Shown piece by piece: positions 9,361 through 18,343 of a stretch of DNA of 64,000 nucleotides. The translations under genes and the position numbers were made by a program. Origin of the DNA: an uncultured Desulfarculus sp. (GTDB taxonomy: Bacteria; Desulfobacterota; Desulfarculia; Desulfarculales; Desulfarculaceae); assembly GCA_963665125.2 (NCBI GenBank), contig CAXXUK010000001.1, positions 1,664,001-1,728,000 of the forward strand, in the 5' to 3' direction. Under the pieces are notes generated by a model. The model worked only from the letters and a program-made list of their open reading frames with translations. It did no database searches and was not told where the DNA came from. Every line of letters starts with the position of its first letter. The first letter of the stretch is position 1.

Positions 9361-11037
9361 TCAATCCGCCTTCCCGGCCCGGCCGGTTCCGGCAGCCAGG
9401 TTTGTCAACTCAATGAAAATGTCGGTGACGCGCACTCCCTGGGGACAGGCCTCCTGGCAACGGTAACAACTCAGGCAGTTCCAGATCATCCGCGCGCCCA
9501 AGGCCTCTTCCCGCAGGCCCATGCCTAAAGTGTGCATCACCTGATGAGGCGTCAAATCCAGCGTTGCCTTGGGATCATCGCACTACTGCACAACCGGGCA
9601 AACCGTGGTGCAGGTCTTGCATTCGTAGCATCCGGCAAAGGTCTGGGCCTTGGCCGATAGTTCCATACCGGGAATTTCGGCGCCGGATCCGATACGGAGC
9701 ACCTCGGCCCGGCGGCTTGGTTCGGCCGCCTCGGAAGTACGCCTGGCCGCGCCCCCGTAGGTATCCTCCATGCCCGCGGCGTCCAAATCCTCAAGCTGGG
9801 CGGCCCACAGGTCATGCAGGTCGATGCCCACCGGACAAAGGTCGGTGCAACGATGGCAGGATGTGCATATATCGGCCCCCTGGCGCAGCAGGTTCAGGCT
9901 CCGGGCGTCCATCTTCACGCCCCGGCTCATCCGGGCCAGGGAATGAAGCTTTTCCGAGGGCAGGATGTCCAGGATGCCCAGTTCGTCCATGGCCGTGGAC
10001 ACCGAACAATGGATGGAGCACAACGCGCAGTGGGTGCAGGCGTCGATTTCCAGAGCCCGAACAAATGCTCTTGATGCCGGATACATATCCCGGCGTTTGT
10101 TGGCGTGGTTTATCGCCGCCACCAGCGGCGAGGTGAATATGTGCAGGAATTTGGTCCAGGGCAGCAGGGCCAGACCCACGAAGCAGGCCATATAATGCAG
10201 GACCCACAAGAAATGCTCAGCGCCCGCATCGACCAACATGACTGCCGCCGGTGAAACGGCCTTGGACAGGCCGTACGAGGCGAATGACCACTGGGGCCGT
10301 GCGTGGCAAGCAACACAGGAGTCCTGGTTCAATTCGCTGCCCTTCTCCATCAGCTCTTCGCTGTGGGGAGGCACTTTTCCTTTGGGAAAGGCCACGCCGT
10401 AATCCGCGGACCAGACCAGGCGCAAGGCCTCGACTTCGTCGGGTTCGTCAGGGTCGCCATAGTCCTCAATCATCCGGTCAAAGACCTTGTACGAGCCGAT
10501 CTTGACGGACCACAGCCCGAAGCCGGATATTACGATCAGCGCCACCGCCACCAACGCCACCACGTCCACGGCCCGGTTCGTGCGGCGCATACCCCGCTCG
10601 GTGTAACGGCGGTAAACCGCCATGGCCACGCCGAAGAGGATCAGCACTCCGCAAAGATCGCGCAAAAACAAAAACGGGTTCAATGTGAAATAGTAATCAT
10701 CGAAGAGGTTCGCCGAGGCGATTTCCTGCATGGCGTGAAAAACCAGCAGCAGGATAAACCCGGCTAAAATGAGCATGTGCCCCAGCCAGCGGGAAAAACC
10801 CGTGAGCAACAAGCGCCGCTGAAACAGCCCGTCAAGGATTGCCGCCCAAATGAATTTGAAGATTCGGGCGCTGAAGAGGAAGGCCGCCACTCATCCGATA
10901 ACGTGCGAAAGCCTGCTGAACGGGCCGTGCGCCCTGCCGTCTAGGCCGACCGGTTCGCTGAGCCACTGCCAAAAGCGCCACAGCAGGCCAAGACAACAAA
11001 AAACCAAGGCGGGATATAAGGGATAGGTAAACAGCAT
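9361..11037 (-). pseudogene. NarI/DsrM-like membrane cytochrome b + CxxCH + HdrC-like 4Fe-4S fusion, interrupted by in-frame TGA (10891-10893) and TAG (9583-9585)
   Basis: One frame from ATG 11037 to 9361; TM helices with His, CVACH, PWTKFLHIF, four CxxCxxCxxxC motifs. Confidence 0.8.
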
Positions 11038-11194
11038 CAGTTCACTTCCGCAACCAATCGACTCTACTGCGCATCCCCCACGAGTTGGAGACGTCATAGT
11101 AACTACTATCAAAAGGATTACACAACGACATCGTTGCGTCCACGGCATTCCTACCAACCAATAGGCCATTAAATCCCGCCGCGTTATTTTTGTC

Positions 11195-11223
11195 TTGACA
11201 TTTATTGTCAGCATGACGACAAT
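11195..11223 (+). promoter_or_regulatory. Sigma70-type promoter overlapped by a palindromic operator (probable MarR site)
   Basis: TTGACA-N17-GACAAT; ATTGTCAGCATGACGACAAT near-perfect palindrome at 11204-11223. Confidence 0.65.
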
Positions 11224-11262
11224 CTCATCATATACTATCAGCGCACCACCAGTGGAGGCGGT

Positions 11263-11772
11263 ATGGCTCTGAAATTGACCATGTTCCCCATGGAGCAGTC
11301 CAACGGCTTTGTAATGAGGCTGGCGGCAAACCGCATGAAAAGCGGGCTTAACAGGGCCTTTCAGGCCGCCAATTTGGAAATGACCGCCGAGCAGTGGTCC
11401 GTGTTGGCCGCATTGCGCCAACAGGACGGCCTCTCCCAGACAGACCTGGCCGCCACGGTGACCAAAGACCGCCAGACCATGACCCGCATTCTGGATTTGC
11501 TGGAAAGCGGCGGCCACGTCCAACGCAGACCCCATCCCAACGACCGGCGCTGCAATCTGGTTTTCATCACCACCAGCGGCCTGAAGATGCAGCAAAAACT
11601 GACCGATGTCGCCGAGCAGTTCACCGAACATGCCTTCATCGGACTGACCCAAGAAGACCTGGATCAACTGATGCGCATCAGCCGCATCGTTGCCCAAAAC
11701 ATCAACGATATGGACCCCGAGGCCCTCTTCGGCCCGGGCAAGGCAAAACAAATTCAAGGAGGCGGGCGGTGA
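11263..11772 (+). CDS. MarR family transcriptional regulator
   Basis: TAEQWSVL, GLSQTDLA, RRPHPNDRR winged-helix motifs; GGAGG RBS. Confidence 0.92.
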   Translation: MALKLTMFPMEQSNGFVMRLAANRMKSGLNRAFQAANLEMTAEQWSVLAALRQQDGLSQTDLAATVTKDRQTMTRILDLLESGGHVQRRPHPNDRRCNLVFITTSGLKMQQKLTDVAEQFTEHAFIGLTQEDLDQLMRISRIVAQNINDMDPEALFGPGKAKQIQGGGR

Positions 11773-12461
11773 ATCCCCAACAGATCATCGACGATGCCCG
11801 GTCAGCGGGCTCCCGGGCGCTGAGCGAGTTTGACTCCAAACAGTTATTGGAGGCCTACGGCGTGCCCATCACCAGGGAAATTCTTGCCCAGAACTGGGAA
11901 CAGGCCGTGTCGGCCGCCAGGAAAATGCCCGTCAAGGTGGCCCTAAAGGCCTGTTCGCCGCAGTTGATGCATAAAAGCGACGGCGGCTGGATCGTCCTTG
12001 GCCTGCAAAACGACGACGACGTGGCCGAGGCCTATGGTCGTCTGACAGCTAAGGCACTCCAACAGGGCATCGAGTTGCAGGGAGTCCTGGTCCAGGAGAT
12101 GATCTCCGGCAATCGTGAGTTGGTGCTGGGCCTCAACCGCGACCCCCAATTCGGCCCCTGCGTAATGGTGGGCATGGGCGGCGTATTCGCCGAGGTCCTC
12201 TCGGACACCGCCTTCCGCATGGCCCCCTTGGACCAGTTCGAAGCCGAAGAAATGATCGGCGATCTCAAATGCGCCAAGATGCTGGGATCGTTCCGGGGAC
12301 AGGGGCCGGTTGACATGCAGTCGCTTTGCCGGGCCATCCAGGGCGTGGCGGCCATCGGCCTGGAGCACCCCGAAATTGCCGAAATCGACGTCAACCCGCT
12401 GATCATCGAGCCCGGCGGCGCAATAAAAGCCGTTGACGGGCTGGTTGTGTTGGGAGAATAG
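11769..12461 (+). CDS. ADP-forming acyl-CoA synthetase, beta (ATP-grasp) subunit
   Basis: LSEFDSKQLLEAYGVP, HKSDGG, DPQFGP, EIDVNP; GTG start overlaps marR TGA. Confidence 0.88.
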   Translation: MNPQQIIDDARSAGSRALSEFDSKQLLEAYGVPITREILAQNWEQAVSAARKMPVKVALKACSPQLMHKSDGGWIVLGLQNDDDVAEAYGRLTAKALQQGIELQGVLVQEMISGNRELVLGLNRDPQFGPCVMVGMGGVFAEVLSDTAFRMAPLDQFEAEEMIGDLKCAKMLGSFRGQGPVDMQSLCRAIQGVAAIGLEHPEIAEIDVNPLIIEPGGAIKAVDGLVVLGE

Positions 12462-12464
12462 ACC

Positions 12465-13934
12465 ATGAAGCCGTTGCATGACAACCCGCTGTTCCGTTTG
12501 ATTTCGCCCCGCAGCCTGGCCTTTTTCGGGGCCTCCAACAATATGATGAACATGGGCTCCATGATACTGGCCAGGGTCATGGAGCTTGGCTACCAGGGCC
12601 AGATATTCCCGATCCATCCCAAGGAAGACACTGTGCTGGGGCACAAGGCCTATGCAACCATAGCCGACACCCCTGAAATCCCCGACCTGGCAGTAATGAT
12701 CCTGCCTTCCAAGGTAATCCCCGACGTTATGGAGCAGTGCGGCAAACGGGGCGTGAAAAACGCCGTGGTGGTCAGCGGAGGTTTCGAGGAGGTGGGCGCC
12801 GAAGGCGCGGCCATGCAAAAGCGAATGGCCGAGATAGCCGACCAATACGGCATGCGCTTTGTGGGCCCCAACTGCCTGGGCGTTTGCAATCCGCACATCG
12901 GCCTCAACACCACTCCCCTGCCCTACGAAGCCAAACCCGGTTTTATCGGCCTGGTAACCCAAAGCGGCAGCTTCATGACCCAGATGTACGACTTTCTCGA
13001 CCGTCACGAGATCGGCTTCAGCACGGCCCTGAGCGTGGGCAACGAGGCCAACGTGGATCTGGTTGACTGCCTGGAGTTGTTGGGCCAAGACCCGAATACC
13101 AAGGTCATCGGCATGTACATCGAGTCCATCCGCCGGGGCCGCGAGTTCGTGGAGCTTGCCCGCCAGATCACGCCCCACAAGCCCATCGTGGCCTTTTACG
13201 TGGGCGGCTCGGAGACCGGCAGCCGGGCGGCGTTGTCCCACACCGGAGCCCTGGCCGGGCCGGACAAGCTCTATGACGGCATCTTCGCCCAAAGCGGAGT
13301 GGTACGGGCCCAGACCATCACCGAGATGTTCGACATGTGCTGGGCCCTGGGCGCCCTGCCCCTGCCCCAGGGAGACGGCATGGCCATCCAGACCGACTCG
13401 GGCGGACCGGGCGCGGCCGGGGCAGACGCCGTGGAGCGGGCAGGCCTACGGGTGCCGCCGTTGTCGAACTCCACCAAGGAATTGCTAAAACCGCTTATCC
13501 CGCCCACGGCCAGCGCCAACAACCCGGTGGACATCACCTTCCCCAGAGAATTCAGAAACTACTACCACGACCTGCCGGACATCCTGCTGCAAGACCCCGA
13601 GCTTGCCGGTTTACTGGTCTATTTCATTCTGCCGGTGAACCTGATGCAGCCCTCATTGGTGGCCCAGGGCATGACTCCTGAAGAGGCGACAGAGGAAGCC
13701 ATCAAACAGACGGCAAAGCTTTACACGTCGACTTTGGACATGGTCAAAAAGCATGGCAAGCCGATCATGGGCTACAGCTTCAACAGCCTGGAAAAAGAAC
13801 CCATAAAGAGCCTGCTGCGGGCTGGCATGCCGGTGTTCCCCACGCCCCAGCGGGCGGCCAGGGCCATGGCCGGCATGGTCCGCTACGCCAAACTGCGCCG
13901 CAAGCTCGAGGAGCAGCTGCGCCTGGCGGCATAG
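12465..13934 (+). CDS. ADP-forming acyl-CoA synthetase, alpha (CoA-binding) subunit
   Basis: GAS, GPNCLG, QSG, SHTGALAG (phospho-His), NPVD. Confidence 0.9.
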   Translation: MKPLHDNPLFRLISPRSLAFFGASNNMMNMGSMILARVMELGYQGQIFPIHPKEDTVLGHKAYATIADTPEIPDLAVMILPSKVIPDVMEQCGKRGVKNAVVVSGGFEEVGAEGAAMQKRMAEIADQYGMRFVGPNCLGVCNPHIGLNTTPLPYEAKPGFIGLVTQSGSFMTQMYDFLDRHEIGFSTALSVGNEANVDLVDCLELLGQDPNTKVIGMYIESIRRGREFVELARQITPHKPIVAFYVGGSETGSRAALSHTGALAGPDKLYDGIFAQSGVVRAQTITEMFDMCWALGALPLPQGDGMAIQTDSGGPGAAGADAVERAGLRVPPLSNSTKELLKPLIPPTASANNPVDITFPREFRNYYHDLPDILLQDPELAGLLVYFILPVNLMQPSLVAQGMTPEEATEEAIKQTAKLYTSTLDMVKKHGKPIMGYSFNSLEKEPIKSLLRAGMPVFPTPQRAARAMAGMVRYAKLRRKLEEQLRLAA

Positions 13935-13952
13935 GCCGGACATCCGCCGCGC

Positions 13953-13985
13953 AAACAGCCGGGCCGCATATGGTCCGGCTGTTTT
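13953..13985 (+). terminator. Intrinsic terminator
   Basis: AAACAGCCGG...CCGGCTGTTTT. Confidence 0.7.
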
Positions 13986-14033
13986 ATTTGCGCACTGATT
14001 ATTTCATCAATTTGATTTAGTTTGGTTTTATTT

Positions 14034-14048
14034 TTTTGCATTGCAAAA
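14034..14048. promoter_or_regulatory. PhaR-box-like palindrome
   Basis: TTTTGCA-T-TGCAAAA containing TGC-N3-GCA, ~60 nt upstream of the phasin-like gene. Confidence 0.6.
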
Positions 14049-14108
14049 TAATCTTGCCGCCTCCGCTGTCTTTGCTACAATGAAAATAGACATGCAAAGG
14101 GGGTTGTC

Positions 14109-14519
14109 ATGAGCGAAATCAAACAAGACAAGTCAGTGGAAGAACCGCAGGGATTTGACCGGGCCGAAGAGGCCCGCAAGGCCTGGAACAAGGCCGCGGC
14201 GCGCATGCGCGTATCCTTGCGCAAGGCCCACCGGCTGGCCCACGAAAGCGCCAAGGAGACCGCAGGCATCGCCATCGACGCCATCCAGGGCCACTGCAAC
14301 TGCGGCGCGGAAACAGCCAGAAGCATGCTCAAGGCCGAAACAGTAGAAGATGCGGCCAAGGCCCTGCACCGCCGGGCCAGGCTGGCCCCCCGGCGTTGCG
14401 TGCGCAATACCGGCCGCATCACCCGCAGTTCGGCAAAGGGTGCTTTGTCCGTCCTCCGCGAGGTGACCAGGGGTGTCAACCGGGCCCTGGACGCCTTTGG
14501 CGACATGCGCGTGCTGTAG
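14109..14519 (+). CDS. Putative phasin (PHA granule-associated protein)
   Basis: Ala/Arg-rich helical 136 aa with MLKAETVEDAAKALH segment; directly upstream of phaR. Confidence 0.5.
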   Translation: MSEIKQDKSVEEPQGFDRAEEARKAWNKAAARMRVSLRKAHRLAHESAKETAGIAIDAIQGHCNCGAETARSMLKAETVEDAAKALHRRARLAPRRCVRNTGRITRSSAKGALSVLREVTRGVNRALDAFGDMRVL

Positions 14520-14523
14520 CCCG

Positions 14524-14988
14524 GTGGCCGAAGAAGTAGTTCTCAAACGCTACGCCAACCGCAGGCTCTACGACACCTCGGCCAGCCGCCATGTAACCCT
14601 GGCCGAGGCCGCCGATATGATCCGCGGGGGCAAGCGGCTGCGGGTTGTCGCGGCCAAAGGCGGCGACGATCTCACCGCCCTGGTCCTCACCCAGATCCTT
14701 CTGGAAGAGGCCAAGAACCGTGACTTGCTGCTGCCTCCGGACATACTGCATATGATCATCCGCCACGGCCCGTCCTTGGACGGCTTTTTCCGGGGCCATT
14801 TGAAGGCGCTCATGGAGATGTGGCTGGGCATGCGAGAGGCGGCGGACAGGGGCTTCCGGGCAATCCTGGGCCTGGACGGCGGCAAAACGTCATCTCCGGC
14901 GGACGGACTTGGCGCGCTACGCCGGGGCCTTGAGGATTTTTTAGGCCTTGGCAAGGGCCCCAAAGACCAAAACAAAAGCCGTAAATAG
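14524..14988 (+). CDS. phaR: Polyhydroxyalkanoate synthesis repressor PhaR-like regulator
   Basis: LKRYANRRLYDT..SRHVTL, DLT..VLTQILLEE, LP.DILH.IIR. Confidence 0.85.
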   Translation: MAEEVVLKRYANRRLYDTSASRHVTLAEAADMIRGGKRLRVVAAKGGDDLTALVLTQILLEEAKNRDLLLPPDILHMIIRHGPSLDGFFRGHLKALMEMWLGMREAADRGFRAILGLDGGKTSSPADGLGALRRGLEDFLGLGKGPKDQNKSRK

Positions 14989-15198
14989 GGCCGCGCCGTC
15001 CACGCCCCTCATCAGCCATTTACACAATTCCAGCCTTTATAAATCAAAACCATATCCGGGTTACCTGTTTTCTAAAAAATGGCCCTGATCCAAAAAATAT
15101 TTTTTCTTAAAATTTTGTAAACAATTCGTCGGCGGGCTGCGTCTAAGAAAGCAAACAGGAACTTTATGCGTCCAAACGTGTAGAGGGGAGATGACCCG

Positions 15199-15657
15199 AT
15201 GACCGCAAGACGAACCATAATCGCAGTTTTCACGGCGATAATTTGTCTGACCGCAAGTTCGGCAATGGCCGTTCAGGCCGTTTGGGAAAACAGCTGCTGG
15301 TGGCGCGACGGTCGCATCGCCGCGGACCTGAGGCTCACCCGCTACGAAGTCGACCAACTTGAATACATGCAAAGAGGCGTCAATCAGCGCATGGCCGAAC
15401 TCAACAACCGCATCCTACAGGCCCACAGAAGCATCGACGGCGAACTTGGCCGCAGGAATCCCCATATGGACCGCGTTGAGCGCGAGATTCGCACCATTGA
15501 ACAGGCCACAGCCGAGTTGGCCGGTTTGCACCTGCGCCACGACCTGGATGTGCGCCGCCTTCTGGGGCAGCACCGCTACAACCAGGCCCAGCGCCAATTC
15601 AACTGGCAACGGCATCACCAGCATGGCGGTCCTGTGCTCTACTCGGTGACAAATTAA
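15199..15657 (+). CDS. Exported Spy/CpxP/ZraP-like helical periplasmic protein
   Basis: Signal peptide (AMA), WW...LRLT..EV..L, coiled helices, RRLLGQHRY end. Confidence 0.65.
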   Translation: MTARRTIIAVFTAIICLTASSAMAVQAVWENSCWWRDGRIAADLRLTRYEVDQLEYMQRGVNQRMAELNNRILQAHRSIDGELGRRNPHMDRVEREIRTIEQATAELAGLHLRHDLDVRRLLGQHRYNQAQRQFNWQRHHQHGGPVLYSVTN

Positions 15658-15695
15658 CACGATTCAAACGAATTCAAGATAAGGGGAGGGTTAAA

Positions 15696-16064
15696 ATGAC
15701 TAACAGACTGCTAATCGCCGCCGCCCTGGCCATGATCCTCATCGGCGGCGCCATGACATCGGGCTGCGCCACCACCTACGCCGGTTACCAAGGCGGGGCC
15801 GTGGGCGCGGGCGTGGGCGCCGTGGCCGGCGCGCTCATCGACGCCGGCAATCCCTGGCGCGGCGGGGCTATCGGCGCGGGTCTGGGGGCCATCCTGGGTT
15901 CGGCCATGGGCGACATCAGCGCCAACGCATCCCGCAACAATTACAACCACCGCCCGTCTTACGGCCCTCCGGCCTATAACAGGCCTCCCGCCTACCGTCC
16001 GCCGGCCTACAATCCGGGCAGCTACCGTCCCCAGGGACCCCAGTACGGCTACTACGTGTACTAA
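15696..16064 (+). CDS. Glycine-zipper lipoprotein with Tyr/Pro-rich repeat tail
   Basis: Lipobox TSGC; GAVGAGVGAVAGALI...GAIGAGLGAILG; PPAY x3. Confidence 0.8.
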   Translation: MTNRLLIAAALAMILIGGAMTSGCATTYAGYQGGAVGAGVGAVAGALIDAGNPWRGGAIGAGLGAILGSAMGDISANASRNNYNHRPSYGPPAYNRPPAYRPPAYNPGSYRPQGPQYGYYVY

Positions 16065-16120
16065 ATAGCCTGCATACCAATAGGACGCTTTAGCCGCTTT
16101 CGCCCATGGGGAGCGGTTTT

Positions 16121-16453
16121 TCATTTCAACCGCGCCCCGCAATGGGGACAAAACCCGAAACCCGGTTCGATCTTGCCGCCGCAGCCGGGGCAGCGGTTCG
16201 ACGGGCGCACGTCGCCGCCGCCCGATTCGCCGCCGGGGTCGCTCATGGCCCCGCAACGCCCGCACTCCAAGACCACCTGCCCCTTTTTCAGAGGAAACAG
16301 CGGGACAAAGAACAGGCTCAGATAGTTGTCCAGCCGCACCAGCCTTGCCGCCGGCAATCCACAGGCCGGGCAGGTCCTGACCCCGGACTCGAGCTTGGTT
16401 TTCTTGGGCTGAACCCCGCCGATAAAGATGAAGGCGCACCTCCGCTGACCCAA
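16121..16453 (-). CDS. Zinc-ribbon domain protein; start uncertain
   Basis: FIGGVQPK, CPACG, LSLFFVPLFP, CGRCG, CPGCG, FCPHCG. Confidence 0.8.
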   Translation of the reverse strand: MGQRRCAFIFIGGVQPKKTKLESGVRTCPACGLPAARLVRLDNYLSLFFVPLFPLKKGQVVLECGRCGAMSDPGGESGGGDVRPSNRCPGCGGKIEPGFGFCPHCGARLK

Positions 16454-16566
16454 GGCTTAAAAACCCCGGCAGATCAAAAATTCACTTACTATTTCCCGGG
16501 CTGTCGTGGCACATTATGGCGAACCGCATAACAAGCGCGCGATTTCATACGAGCAGGATATACGAT

Positions 16567-17598
16567 ATGAATTTCTCGGCCAAAGCAATTATCAGGGACG
16601 CCGCCCTGGTGTTTTTTTCTTTCATTCTTCTTGGTTGGCTGGTCTTGGCGCCAAACGCCGTCAGAGCCCAGGAGGTCCCGAGCCAAGTTGACATTGATGA
16701 GTTCCGCAAGCTTCTGGCCGAACTATTACGTCAGGACGACTTTGCCAATTTCCTGGCCGGTGTCCTCAACGTCACCATTTCGCCGGATATCGCGGCGGCC
16801 AATTATGACGTTACCAACGACAGCGACTCGGCCCGGGAAATGAGCACCTTCAAGATTCCCCTGGGCACTTCTTTTGCGTTGTCCAAGCCGGGGTGGGAGC
16901 TGGTGCTCAGCGGCAACCTGGGCTATCTTCAAGCCAAAGACGAGGCCTTCGCCGTAGTTTCCGATTATGATCTGGACACCAAATTCGACATCAAATGGAC
17001 GGCCTACACGGCGCAGGGCGGCCTGGGGCTCAAGGTGCCCCTTACCAACGCTGTTTACCTGTATCCCAACGCGGCCGTGGCCTATTCATACCTAAAAAAC
17101 CGGGCCGATTATCCCACCAGCCGAGCCAAGCAACTGCTGGACCCGCTGTTCAACGGCATTGTCACCGACTTTGACGTCCAGTCCATGACATATTCCGCGG
17201 CCCTAGGCCTGGGTTATGAAGAGACGTTGGGCGTGGTCGACGTATGCCTGCGCGGCATGTTCACCTACGCCTATACGGATTCGTTCAAGCAAACCCACGA
17301 CGTGCAATCCATTTCCGAGGACACCGAAACCCTGGTGGTTCGCCTGGAGACTCGGGCACCCACGGGCCTGTCCCTTGCCGGGCACGGCGTGCGCTGGCTG
17401 GGGCTGGCCGGGTACACCACCTTTTTCGGCCCCAACCGCGATGCACTTGGTTTCAGCTATATTGCCGAGGTCGGCCTGGGCTTTGATGTGGATATATCCA
17501 CGGAAAACAATTTCCTGAACCACATCGGTCTCAGAGGGTCGTATTTATTCGGCGACGACATGACCGGATGGCAGGTCGGCCTGGCCTATGATTTCTAA
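16567..17598 (+). CDS. Outer-membrane beta-barrel protein (solitary autotransporter-like barrel)
   Basis: Signal peptide (VRA), alternating aromatic strands, C-terminal GLAYDF beta-signal. Confidence 0.7.
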   Translation: MNFSAKAIIRDAALVFFSFILLGWLVLAPNAVRAQEVPSQVDIDEFRKLLAELLRQDDFANFLAGVLNVTISPDIAAANYDVTNDSDSAREMSTFKIPLGTSFALSKPGWELVLSGNLGYLQAKDEAFAVVSDYDLDTKFDIKWTAYTAQGGLGLKVPLTNAVYLYPNAAVAYSYLKNRADYPTSRAKQLLDPLFNGIVTDFDVQSMTYSAALGLGYEETLGVVDVCLRGMFTYAYTDSFKQTHDVQSISEDTETLVVRLETRAPTGLSLAGHGVRWLGLAGYTTFFGPNRDALGFSYIAEVGLGFDVDISTENNFLNHIGLRGSYLFGDDMTGWQVGLAYDF

Positions 17599-17603
17599 AA
17601 AAC

Positions 17604-17625
17604 GGCCTCCCGGCGATGGGAGGCC
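17604..17625. terminator. Hairpin between convergent genes
   Basis: GGCCTCCC-N6-GGGAGGCC with A-run on the left. Confidence 0.6.
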
Positions 17626-17634
17626 AGCTTGGTC

Positions 17635-17820
17635 TTAGTTGCCGGTTTGTTTGGCCTTGCCGCTGAAAAGCCCGGCGGCGATCTCCACCAAGCGGTAGAC
17701 CTTGGCCAGGGCCTGGTTGTCAGCCGGCGTCGGAGTCAGGTTTACCACGGCCAGGGCCAGTGCATGGCCCGCCCCCAAGACGGCGATGATTTCAGGCCAG
17801 TTGCCCATAATCCATTCCAT
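17635..17820 (-). CDS. Small phage-type membrane protein (putative holin)
   Basis: 61 aa MEWIMGNWPEIIAVLGAGHALALAVVNLTPTPADN...; GGAG upstream; overlaps the endolysin 3' end. Confidence 0.65.
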   Translation of the reverse strand: MEWIMGNWPEIIAVLGAGHALALAVVNLTPTPADNQALAKVYRLVEIAAGLFSGKAKQTGN

Positions 17821-18343
17821 GTGCTCTTTTCTCCATAAGCAATCGTTGTTGTTCCGCCGCATCCAGTTCGATGCGGCGCCCCCCGTTTCGCGGATCTTTC
17901 TTGAGCAGGTGCCGCCGGTTATGCCGCTCGCCAAAAGGCCACAGCGAGGCATGCACCCATTGGCGGCCCAGGCTGTCTTGCTCCCAGATGATCTGATCCC
18001 AGTCCGCCGCATTGGCGGCCAACCAGGCGAACAGCCGTCCGACCGCCACCTTTCGCGGCACCATGTCCAGGGCCGCGCCGTACAGATGGGCCGAATCCGC
18101 CGCTCCCCCCACGGCCTTGTTCAGCCCGGGGCAGCGGAAGCCGCTGCTTACGGCTATGGGCCCCAAGGCGTCCCTGGCCGGCTGGGCCAAGGAGGCGCAG
18201 ATATGGCCCAGGCGCATAACCTGGTCCGGGCCGGGCGCATTGGCCACGCCCAGCCGCCGTACAACCGTACTGGCCGTCAACTCGGCCCAGGTAAAATCCG
18301 GCGCTCCGGGGACCTGCCTTTGCATCTGCTTTTTGGTGAACAT
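17792..18343 (-). CDS. Peptidase M15A-family peptidoglycan hydrolase (endolysin-like)
   Basis: FT.AEL..S, SSGFRC..LN.AVGG..DSAH..G.A.D, WVH zinc-site motifs. Confidence 0.88.
   Translation of the reverse strand: MFTKKQMQRQVPGAPDFTWAELTASTVVRRLGVANAPGPDQVMRLGHICASLAQPARDALGPIAVSSGFRCPGLNKAVGGAADSAHLYGAALDMVPRKVAVGRLFAWLAANAADWDQIIWEQDSLGRQWVHASLWPFGERHNRRHLLKKDPRNGGRRIELDAAEQQRLLMEKRAHGMDYGQLA

Noticed and set aside
10891..10930. Selenocysteine at the in-frame TGA
   Set aside because: Not at a Cys-motif position, only a weak GGCG/CGCC stem follows, and the operon has other lesions
17635..18343. Intact prophage
   Set aside because: No structural, replication or integrase genes in the window
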